A DNA stretch of 64,000 bases from the human T2T-CHM13v2.0 reference genome, Homo sapiens. The translations under genes were made by a program, and so were the position numbers. The stretch is from assembly GCF_009914755.1 (NCBI RefSeq), contig NC_060935.1; one strand, given 5' to 3'. The notes under the pieces are model-generated. The model saw nothing but the letters and a program-made list of their open reading frames with translations, was not told where the DNA came from and made no database searches. Of the stretch, positions 46,322-64,000 are shown in pieces; positions within the stretch are counted from its first letter, which is position 1; each line of letters opens with the position of its first letter.

Positions 46322-48190
46322 CTCTCTCCTATCTCCCCTCCCTCCTCTCTCCTCTCTCCTCTCTCCTCTCTCTCTCCCCTCTCCCCTCTCCCCTCTCCCC
46401 ACGGTCTCCCTCTCCCTCTCTTTCCACGGTCTCCCTCTGATGCCAAGCCGAAGCTGGACTGTACTGCTGCCATCTCGGCTCACTGCAACCTCCCTGCCTG
46501 ATTCTCCTGCCTCGGCCTGCGGAGTGCCTGCGATTGCAGGCGCGCGCCGCCACGCCTGACTGGTTTTCGTATTTTTTTGGTGGAGACGGGGTTTCACTGT
46601 GTTGGCCGGGCTGGTCTCCAGCTCCTAACCGCGAGTGATCCGCCAGCCTCGGCCTCCCGAGGTGCCGGGATTGCAGACGAAGTCTCGTTCACTCAGTGCT
46701 CAATGGTGCCCAGGCTGGAGTGCAGTGGCGTGATCTCGGCTCGCTACAACCTCCACCTCCCAGCAGCCTGCCTTGGCCTCCCAAAGTGCCGAGATTGCAG
46801 CCTCTGCCCGGCCACCACCCCGTCTGGGAAGTGAGAAGCGTCTCTGCCTGGCCGCCTATCGTCTGGGATGTGAGGAGCCCCTCTGCCCAGCTGCCCACTC
46901 TGGAAAGTGAGGAGCGTCTCTGCCCGGCCGCCATCCCATCTAGGAAGTGAGGAACGCCTCTTCCCGGCCGCCATCCCATCTAGGAAGTGAGGAGCGTCTC
47001 TGCCCGGCCGCCCATCGTCTGAGATGTGGGGAGCGCCTCTGCCCGGCCGCGACCCCATCTAGGAAGTGAGGAGCATCTCTGCCTGGCCGCCCCGTCTGAG
47101 AAGTGAGGAGACCCTCCGCCTGGCAACCGCCCCATCTGAGAAATGAGGAGCCCCTCCGCCCAGCAACCACACTGTCTGGGAAGTGAGGAGCGTCTCCGCC
47201 CGGCCAGCCGCCCCGTCTCAGAGGGAGGTGGGGGTCAGCCCCCCCACCCGGCCAGCCGCCCCGTCCGGGAGGGAGGTGGGGGGGTCAACCGCCCGCCCGG
47301 CCAGCCGCCCCGTCCGGGAGGGAGGTGGGGGGGTCAGCCCCCCACCCGGCCAGCCGCCCCGTCCGGGAGGTGAGGGGTGCCTCTGCCTGGCCGCCCCTAC
47401 TGGGAAGTGAGGAGCCCCTCTGCCCGGCCAGCCGCCCCGTCTGGGAGGGAGGTGGGGGGGTCAGCCCCCCGCCCGGCCAGCCGCCCCGTCCGGGAGGGAG
47501 GTGGGGGGTCAGCCCCACGCCCGGCCAGCCGCCCCGTCTGGGAGGTGAGGGGCGTCTCTGCCCGGCCGCCCCTACTGGGAAGTGAGGAGCCCCTCTGCCC
47601 GGCCGCCACCCCGTCTGGGAGGTGTGCCCAACAGCTCATTGAGAACGGGCCAGGATGACAATGGCGGTTTTGTGGAATAGAAAGTGGGGAAAGGTGGGGA
47701 AAAGATTGAGAAATCGGATGGTTGCCGTGTCTGTGTAGAAAGAAGTAGACATGGGAAACTTTTCATTTTGTTCTGTACTAAGAAAAATTCTTCGGCCTTG
47801 GGATCCTGTTGATCTGTGACCTTACCCCCAACCCTGTGCCCTCTGAAACATGTGCTGTGTCCACTCAGGGTTAAATGGATTAAGGGTGGTGCAAGATGTG
47901 CTTTGTTAAACAGATGCTTGAAGGCAGCGTGCTTGTTGAGAGTCATCACCACTCCCTAATCTCAAGTACCCAGGGACACAAACACTGCGGAAGGCCGAAG
48001 GGTCCTCTGCCTAGGAAAACCAGAGACCTTTGTTCACTTGTTTATCTGCTGACCTTCCCTCCACTATTGTCCTATGACCCTGCCAAATCCCCCTCTGTGA
48101 GAAACACCCAAGAATGATCAATAAAAAAAAAAAGAAAAAAAAAATTAAAGAGACATAAATAAAAAGATATCCTATGTTTAAAAAAAAAAA
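46322..48190 (+). mobile_element. Full-length SVA retrotransposon (D-F-like; subfamily not resolved)
   Basis: CT-rich head 46322-46400, antisense Alu-like domain ~46401-46800, GC-rich VNTR ~46800-47620, SINE-R ~47620-48125 with AATAAA 48120-48125, poly(A). Perfect TSD AAGAAATCATTAGAAG at 46306-46321 and 48191-48206. Confidence 0.97.
46800..47620 (+). repeat. SVA VNTR
   Basis: Repeated ~37-50 bp units such as GGAAGTGAGGAGCGTCTCTGCCCGGCCGCC and CCGGCCAGCCGCCCCGTCCGGGAGGGAGGTGGGGGG. Confidence 0.95.
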
Positions 48191-48365
48191 AAGAAATCAT
48201 TAGAAGGTACAAAACTCAATGGTAACAGTAAGTACACAGACTATTATAACACTGTAGTCATGTAGAAAGACTAAAAGATGAATCTGTCAAAAATAATAAC
48301 TACAACATAGTACGATAAGATATAAATAGAAACAACAAAAAGTTAAAAGCAGGGGGATGAAGCTA

Positions 48366-48587
<222 letters not shown>

Positions 48588-49150
48588 TTAGTTTATGCAA
48601 TCAGTGTTAAGTTGTCATCAGTTTAAAAAATGGGTTATAAAATATATGCAAGCCTCATGATAACCTCAAATCAAATACAACAGATACACAAAAAATAAAA
48701 AGCAAGATATTAAAACATACCACCAGAGAAAATCACCTTCACTAAAACAAAGACAGGAAAGAAGGAAAGAGGAAAGAGAAGACCACAAAACAACCAGAAA
48801 ACAAATTTAAAAAAGACAGGAGTAAGTCTTTACTTATCAATAATAACACTGAATGTAAATGGACTAAACGCTCCAGTCAAAGACATAAGAGTGGCTGAAT
48901 GGATCAAAAACAAGACCAATCATCTGTTGTCTACAAGAAACACACTTCATCTATAAAGACACACATACACTGACAACAAAGGGCTGTAAAAAGCACATGG
49001 AAATTAAAAGTTGAGTGTTGCAACAAGGAGTGGGAAACTGAAGAGTCCAGTGAGACTGTGCTAGGGTGAATTCAGTCAATCAACATATTTCACTCATCCC
49101 CTACCCTGTGTCAGTCTTATACTGGGTTCTGCAGATACAGAGATGGATCA

Positions 49151-49367
<217 letters not shown>

Positions 49368-49538
49368 TCAAAAGCCAGTTGAGGAGACAAACACATATGC
49401 ATAAATCACAGTACAATATGTTATGACCCATAAAAGGAATTAATTAAATGCAATAGGAACCCAGAGAAGAGAGCAATAATTATGTCTCTGCCCAGGGTAT
49501 TAGGAGATTAAAAGATGGCATTTGAGCTGAGGTGGGTC

Positions 49539-50622
<1,084 letters not shown>

Positions 50623-51559
50623 TGAGTTATCCTGAAAAGAAGGAAGAGAAAAAGGACTCACCACCCACAAACCTTACTGAACCGAGAGTGCGTCAGTCGT
50701 TTTGAATGTATCATTCCATTTAACCTCCACAACACCCCTATAAAATAGGTATTACTCTCTCCTTTTCACAAGTAAGGAAGCTGAGCCTCAGAAAAGGTAA
50801 TGATTTGAGCATGTCTCACGATTAGGTATAGTAGAAAACAAGTTCACAGAATTCACTGTAGAAAGTATAAACTGACTGGATGTTGAGTAAGCCAGTCCAT
50901 TATTTCTGTCATATTTGGTTTGATGTGTTTAAGAATATTCACTCAACAAACACTCAAAAGATTGATAATGCCAATGCTGATGAGATTGTAAGGAAATGAA
51001 CACTCTCATACAATTTTGGTGGAAGTGCAAACTGACATAAATTTATCGGAAGGTACTTTGACAGCAATTAATAATATTTTTAAAAACATGCATACCCTAT
51101 GACCCAGCAAAACCACTTATAGGAGTCTATCCTACAAAGAAAAAAAATAGCACAAATACATGAAGTTCAAAAATGCTTACTGCAGCACTGTAACCTCATA
51201 AATCTGGAAACAACCTGAATATCTGCTGATAGGTGAATAAGTAAATAAATAAATGATACACCCATACAACTGAATACTATGCAGGCATTAAAGGGAAATG
51301 TGTGGATCTCTATGTACTAGTGTGAAAAGATGTCCTTGATATGCTGCTAAATGTAAAACAAAAACAAGCTGCAGGTAATTTGTATAACATGATCCCATTT
51401 AAACATTTTTCTTTAGACAAAGAGTCTTGTTGCCCAGGCTGGTATCGAACTCCTGGGCTCAAGCAATCCTCCCACCTCAGCCTCCTAAGTAGCTGGGACT
51501 ACAGGTACATGCCACTGCACCTGGCCCATTTTTTGTTTCTAAAAGGAACATACAAAGAT

Positions 51560-53954
<2,395 letters not shown>

Positions 53955-55059
53955 CTGAAATGGGTGATTTGAACCCAGAACCAGTCTCAGTAGCCTCCTT
54001 TGAACTGAGGAGACTCTTCACTAGGCAGGGCTCTGGTGAAGGTCCATACTCACTCCTGAATCTGCAAGGTCAATGGAGCTTATCTAGCCTGAATCTGTCC
54101 CACTGTATAGAGGAGCAGGACAGGGTGTGGGAAGCCTTCAGGAACTGGGCGAACATCTCCAAGTCCAGGAAGGGGAAGGTGTGCCCAGGTCCTTATCTCC
54201 CCATGGAGATGAGTCTGTGGGATGGCTATGGTGGTAGGCACTAGAGGTATGGAGATGAATAAAATATAATTATTGCCCTCAAAAGGTTGACCAATGACAA
54301 TTCACATCTGAAATAATAATTTTTACATTCATCTGTATAGCCCCTAACAATTTATAAAACACTTTCTTCTTCTCACTTGATTCTCCCAAAAGCCATATGG
54401 GGAAGCCCCATTTTACAGATGAGGAAACTGAGACCCAGAAGGAAAGTGACTCACTTAGAAGGAAAGTGACTCACTCAAAGTGCACATACCAACTGCCTTT
54501 TACCAACTGCTTTCACAGCCATTAATTCATTTACAAGGGGCACAGCCTGGCTTAGGAGAGGGACATGGGGACAGCATTGCTGGGCTCTGAGATCGTGTGT
54601 GTGGTGTATTTCTATCAAGTGATGAATTCTGTTCAGCTGCTTGAGCCAAGAATTCCATCCAACTCAGCAGCATGTAGGGAGTCAGTTCTATTCCAAAGGG
54701 CAAAGCTGTTCAGTACATCACTATGGAAGGAACAAAAGGATCTCTCTCTTGCTGTGTCCTCTGATTCCTACTGTCTTAGTTTCCTTTGCATTTTCTGACT
54801 TTGAGATATAGTGCTCACAATGCTGTATGCAAGTGTTTTTTGTTTTTCACTAGAATATTAATCTTCACAATGGCAAGAATATTTAATTTTTAGGTGTCTT
54901 CTAAGACTGTTTCTTTTTTAAAAAACTGCTACCTTCAGTAAAAAATACATCCTACATATGTAGTAGAAACAACTTTTCATAAAATAATACTTAACCTTAG
55001 TCTGTGCAAGTATTTTCTATTCTATTTTATATTATTTCATTTTTTAAAAAATTCTAATC

Positions 55060-55325
55060 TTCTAAATGTAATGTGGTATTCTGGAAACGTAGAACAGAAA
55101 AAGGACACTAGTGGAAAAACAGGTGAAACCCAAATAAAATCTATAGTTTAGTTAATAATATTACATTAATGTTAATTTCTTACTTTAACAAATGTACCAT
55201 GGTTATGTAATATGTTAACATTAGGGGGAGCTGGGTGAAAAACATGTGGAAACTTTCTGAACTATCGTTCTATGCTTTTGGTAAATCTAAAATTATTCCA
55301 AAAGGAAAAGTTTATTTAAAAACAA
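55060..55325 (+). mobile_element. Old L1M 3'UTR fragment
   Basis: TAAATGTAATGTGGTATTCTGGA...GAACAGAAAAAGGACA...GTAAATCTAAAATTATTCCAAAA. Confidence 0.7.
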
Positions 55326-55643
55326 AACAAAAATTTCCAGTCTTGACCATTTAAACTGATATCATGACCCACTCATGGGTCAGAATTCACACTTCCAGTG
55401 TGATGTCTGCTGTCTTTTTGGATAATGCTGACAGGAATCATTGCAGTGATTTATAAAAGCTCATTATTGCTCTTTCTCCGACACACACACACACACATGG
55501 TGCCACGGCCCACCTCTCACAGTCCTTGGCCTCTCTGCCTTGTCTTACATTCATTTTTTATCTATATGGCCTGCCTTTGAAGGGCTCTCCCTGCCTGTAT
55601 CATCTGAGCAACCTCAAAAGAATACATGGTACATATTTGTTAA

Positions 55644-55997
<354 letters not shown>

Positions 55998-56227
55998 AAT
56001 TTTATTCCCTCTTCAAACTGCAAGAAATTTTTTTTATACATAGAAGTCTAATATAAAGCCTTCTATTAAATTTACCAAACTTGGCAGAAGGTCTTTAACT
56101 TTTCATATTAATGAGTGATACCCACTCACTACTAAAAAAAAAAAAAGAGAAGGATAATTTTTAAAGGGAGGAAAATAAAATTTCAAAAATTCACTTATAA
56201 TCCTACCAGGAATATCTATTGTTAACA

Positions 56228-56360
56228 TTTTTTTTCTTTGTGTTGAGATGGGGTCTCATTATGTTACCCAGTCTGGTCTTGAACTCCTGGGCTCAAGCAA
56301 TCCTCGCAGTTTGGCCTCCTGAATACCTGGGACTACAGGTGCATGCCACCACACCTGGCT
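56228..56360 (-). mobile_element. FLAM-like Alu monomer
   Basis: Flanking repeat TATTG(T/C)TAACATTTT. Confidence 0.85.
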
Positions 56361-56793
56361 TATTGCTAACATTTTGGTGCATAGTCTCTTCCACATGTAT
56401 ACATGTAAATAAATATATTTTTCAGACAAATGTTCCTACTATTCATACAGTTTTAGAGATGTCTTCACTCAAGCTGTTCCCTCATCCTGGAATGCATTTC
56501 CTCCTTTTTATCCTTCACTGTATAGTTCCTACTCATCCTTCTAGATCCAACCCATGATCCCACCTCTGGGAAGTCTTTCATGCCCACTCTGCCCTTCTCA
56601 ACTTTAGAGGAAGTAGGTACTGCCTCTTAAGTATTCCAGTGATACTTTCGTTATACCTTTATTACACTTTTTGTCTTAATTAGTTGTTTACATGCCTGTC
56701 TGTCCCAACAGTCAGGGAATGTTAATTTAGAGTTGATGTGGGCCCTGGATCCATATTGCTCCCTAAGCACTGAGTTGGTTTGTGCTGACACTG

Positions 56794-56820
56794 CACACAC
56801 ACACACACATACACACACAG
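56794..56820. repeat. (CA)n microsatellite
   Basis: CA run with one TA interruption. Confidence 0.9.
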
Positions 56821-57171
56821 AGCAGTAGACTTTCTGGCATTTTGGCTTCTACAGAACAGAATGGATACAGCCTGGCTAAATGTCTCACCCTTTTGACCTT
56901 CTCTAGCACTCACCTGATAAATCCACCATCCAGCATCAGCGAACACTTCCATCTCTGCTTCTACACCTGGCTCTGAAAGTGGCTGGAAGACCTCTGAACA
57001 CACGCATCTGAGATAAGCAAGCCCTGACCATAAGTGAGTGGAAGAAGTTTGCTCCCTTGGAAAATTTTGTTATAATCAGTTCATAAAAATGAAAATTCAC
57101 AAACACAGAATTTGTATAGCAAAGATGAATATACATAACTCAGATTCAACTGAGAGCCCTCCTGCCCTTAA

Positions 57172-58286
<1,115 letters not shown>

Positions 58287-58419
58287 TCAAAATGGAAGGA
58301 CCACTATCTGCCAGAGGGGAGCTTCCCCGGCCCTTCACTCCACCCGGACTCAGTCTCTCCACTGACTCCTCTCTTCTTCATCCTTCTCTCTTCTCTCTAC
58401 TCCCTGTGGTGGCATCTTT

Positions 58420-58900
58420 TCTCTGTGCCTGCTGAGCATTCACTGAATTCGACCCCTCTTCTCGGGTAATAAGCAACAGCTTTCCCTTGGGGAACCACCC
58501 TTACCCCTTCTCTCAAATGGCTTGAGCAGGGCTGATCCCACCCTGTTCCAGTGATCCATACAAGTGACCAGTCAGTGCATCCCACCTCTCTGGTCACACT
58601 GATGCTCAGGGACAGGCTTGTGGGAATGTTTGGTGAGTGAAAGACTCTTGCCCCCAGGGTCTCTGATAGGAAGATCAGTATTGCTCCTGGTGTCTTTGCC
58701 ACCCCATGTGAAGGCCTGCTTGAGAATGAATCAAGATAAAGAAAAACAAGAGTCAAGACATGAAGAGAGAGCTCAAATATGGATGGGAAAGCTCCAGTCC
58801 CTGAATCCAAACGTTTCTAACTGGATACCTGGGTTTTCTTTGGTCTAGCTAGATAGAGTTAAATTTTTGTCATTTGCAATTGTGAGCACCCTGACCAATA
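58420..58900 (+). mobile_element. Old MLT1 (J/K-like) LTR
   Basis: Degenerate MaLR ending TTTTGTCATTTGCAATTGTGAGCACCCTGACCAATA. Confidence 0.5.
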
Positions 58901-60436
58901 TCTTCCTCCTTCTGCTTCCTTTTCAGAAGCAATAAACCAAATTCCTCTTTGCTTCATGCAAAGCAGCTTCCCCTTCTCTGAGCTGGGAATCTGCTGACAC
59001 CTGTGCCTGCTGGGCATTTAAATGTTTTCACCAAGATAGTTTTCTCCTTATGACATATATTGGCGCCAAAGATTAAGATGACCTTTTTATTCCCAACTTG
59101 TCACAAAAATATTTATATAATTGAGACTATACTGTAAATACAGTTTTGTATCCTGCTTTTGTGTGCGTGTATGTGCATGTGTATGTGTTTTTTTCTTTTT
59201 AAAGTTTTCTTAATTTTTCAGTTTTTGATCAACAAATATTTATCCAGGAACTACATATATGTCAGCCATATACAAGAGCAACTAACATACTATGTTGGAA
59301 ATTTTCCCATGTCATTAAAGACTTCATAAATGTCTATTATTTTCAACCAGCACAGAATATACAATCACACAGTTTTAAAACTAAACGTTTATTGTTAAAA
59401 CATTTAGTTTTATTTCCAAGTTTTATGAATAATGATAGACACATAATGTGTCTAAATCTTTCATCATTTCCTTAGGATAGATTCTCAGAAGTAGAATTCC
59501 CAGAGGAACTTCTTATTTTACCCCTCCCTGCAAAAATGCAGAAAGAAATTTACCAGACACCACTGTAGTAGTGTCAGTCTTCTCTAACCCCACATAGCTG
59601 GAAGAGACCTGCCCTGAAGTGTCTTCAGATGGCAGAAGCATCAGGCTTCTTCGCAGGAGCTTCCTGTTCCCTCTGAGTGCCCTGCCTCAGCTGCCCTCAA
59701 GGAGCTATGAACTCGCCAGCAGCTGTCCCACTCCACCAAGCAGTGGGCACTCTGTCAACCCCACAGACCTCGCAAGCTGGCATGGTGCACATATCTGCTT
59801 GTAAGGACTGTATGAAAAGAATGGCATTCAGGGCAAGCCCAAAAAGGAGAGATGCCAAGACAAGAAAGTCAGGGCTAATTGTGACCAAATTTTCTTTTCA
59901 AGCCTCTTTTCTTTTTACTTTTCTTTATTTTCCTTAATAAGCACGTGTGATTTATAATGGAAAAAAATTAACTTATGGAGGAAAACAATAACAACATGAA
60001 TTTCTCAAATTTGATGTGAGGTTGGAGATGATCTTCGGGTTCCTGGGAAAGCAGCTGTGAGTTATCTGGCTTGGCAATGCCTCCTGCAAATCACTGGCTG
60101 ACTCTGAAAAATGCATCTGTACTTTAGTCACCAGAAGGAAGGGCTGATTCCCTCTGGGGCCACCACAAAGGGCAATCGATGACTATCTTCCAGACCTGGA
60201 AGAGGGTTCCAAACTGCAATGTGTAAAACCAAGGAGTGGGTCTAAGGCCAATCAGTGGGAGCCTCCGAGAGACAGATCTTTGACTCACTGCCAGAACTTC
60301 TTAGCAAACAGAGTAGTGCAAAGATAAAACCAGCTGCTCCAGGAGGTGGTGGCCTCCCCATCCTATGCAGCATTAAAGCATATGCTGAGGCCAATTGCCC
60401 TGGATGGGTTGGTGGCGGTTCAAGTGCAAGGCAAGA

Positions 60437-61733
<1,297 letters not shown>

Positions 61734-62054
61734 AGGTAGGGACTTGAAATAGAAGACTGTTCAGTCATTCATTCATTGCATATACGTGCATTGAGCACCT
61801 AAGGTGTTAGGCACCTGAAAACACTTATGAGTGCTCACCATTATCCAGACACCATATCAAGTATTCTACAGACATTACTTCATTTAATCTTCAAACAATT
61901 GTGTGAGGGAAATTTGCCTACTTTTACAGATGAAGAAACTGAAGTATAGAAAAGTCAGATACTTGCCACCAGATCACACAGCCTGATAGCCTAGTGGAGC
62001 CACGATCTGGAGCCAGGATGAGAACCACAAGGCTAAAACTGCTTCTCTGTACAC

Positions 62055-62830
<776 letters not shown>

Positions 62831-64000
62831 AATAAACAGTGACAAGAAGTGTGAACAGTGCTGTGTTAGAAGTAAGAGCAGGTCCTAAGAAGGAGCAATC
62901 AGCCCAGCCAGGTCCGGCGCCAGGGACTGGTGCCTGAGCTGAGATTTGAGGGATTAGTGGGAGCTGGGGAGGAAAAAGGTGGCAAGGGAGGAACATCAAG
63001 GCCTGGAGGTATAAGAGAGAAAACTGCAGCCAGTCCAGCAGGGCTCCCAGTCAGGTTTGGATGGAAAGGGGCATGAAGTGAGATTAGAGAGGCAATGATA
63101 ACCAACGACTGACATTTAAAGACATTTACAATGGGCCAGGCACTGTGCCAAGCCCCTTGCATGTTTTAACTCATTTAAACATTACAGCAACCCTGTAAGA
63201 GAGAAAACCAGCTCTTCTTGTACATAGACGGAAGGCTAGACACTATTCTCAGGGCTTTGCATGAAGTAACAAATTTAACCCCACAACGACATGAGGTTGG
63301 AGCTGTTATTACTCCCATGTTATAGGTAGGAAAGTAAGGCATAGAGAGGATTCAAAAAATTGCCCAAGGTCATGCCAGATCAAACCTGGATTTAAACCCA
63401 GGTTTCAGCAGCTTTGCTTGTCACTACTGTGCCTGACAATTGAGGACATAAGGACAAGGTAAGGAATTTAGATTTTTAGCTGGCAGGCCCACTGGACAGG
63501 TTTAGGCAGAAAGCAGCCAGTTCCGATTTGTATTTTATAATCATCCTATTAATAACTACTGTATGGAGAATGACAGGCAGGGACAAGACAGAGAGAACAG
63601 TAAGCCAGGTGAGAAGGGGAATGGAGGAGGGGTTGGTGACAATACAGGAAAAATGGTGGGTTGTCGGGGTGGTTGAAAGAAATTAAGGAATCAGAATAGT
63701 CAACATATGGTGGTTTATTTATTTATTTTCTTCCTGATGGACCTATGACATACGATGATTTATTAAAGTGGGGCCAGGGATAACTCCCAGGTTTCTGAGA
63801 GAATAACAGTGCATTTCATAGAGATTGGGGGGTACATGGGAGGAGCAAACTTAGGGTTGGGGAGAAGCAAGGGATAAAAACAGTGAGATAATATGAGAAA
63901 GACTGAGTTTTGAGCACATCCAAGGAGCGTGATTTAAGCATATAGGCTCCATGAAGATAAAGATCTTCATCTAGTTCATTCACTGGTCTGGCCCAGTGCC

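Noticed and set aside
46800-47620. Repeat array superficially resembling CRISPR
   Set aside because: Tandem units without unique spacers, in a eukaryotic SVA context, with no cas genes.
46259-48117. Repetitive ORFs in the SVA
   Set aside because: Translations of the Alu-like, VNTR and SINE-R domains; not genes.

Overview
This is primate, almost certainly human, genomic DNA with no supportable protein-coding exon; the listed ORFs are Alu-, L1-, SVA- or GC-rich artefacts. A CpG island at ~30.1-31.5 kb holds a minus-strand non-coding first exon ending at a GAAG|GTGAG donor (exon end 30505). I recognise its 3' end from memory as the PAK1 5'UTR, unverified by search. Positions 1-30504 would then be PAK1 intron 1 and 31.5-64 kb its upstream flank. 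The island also has a tandem pair of alternative minus-strand donors, a plus-strand donor suggesting a divergent transcript, and a dense CRE/ETS cluster. The rest is a mosaic of ~45 Alus, MaLR/ERVL/ERV1 solo LTRs, DNA-transposon fossils and old L1/L2/MIR. The most notable structures are: a full-length SVA (46322-48190) with a perfect 16-bp TSD and a short L1-like 3' transduction tag; its host, a 5'-intact but 3'-truncated old L1 still bounded by a TSD; target sites reused by successive insertions; a deeply nested TE stack; a candidate 3'UTR retrocopy fragment; and small duplications, one of which doubles an AP-1 site. I found no evidence for a new biological system; the findings are locus-level retrotransposition and regulatory curiosities. 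Repeat subfamily names are by-eye assignments and boundaries are approximate unless a TSD is quoted.
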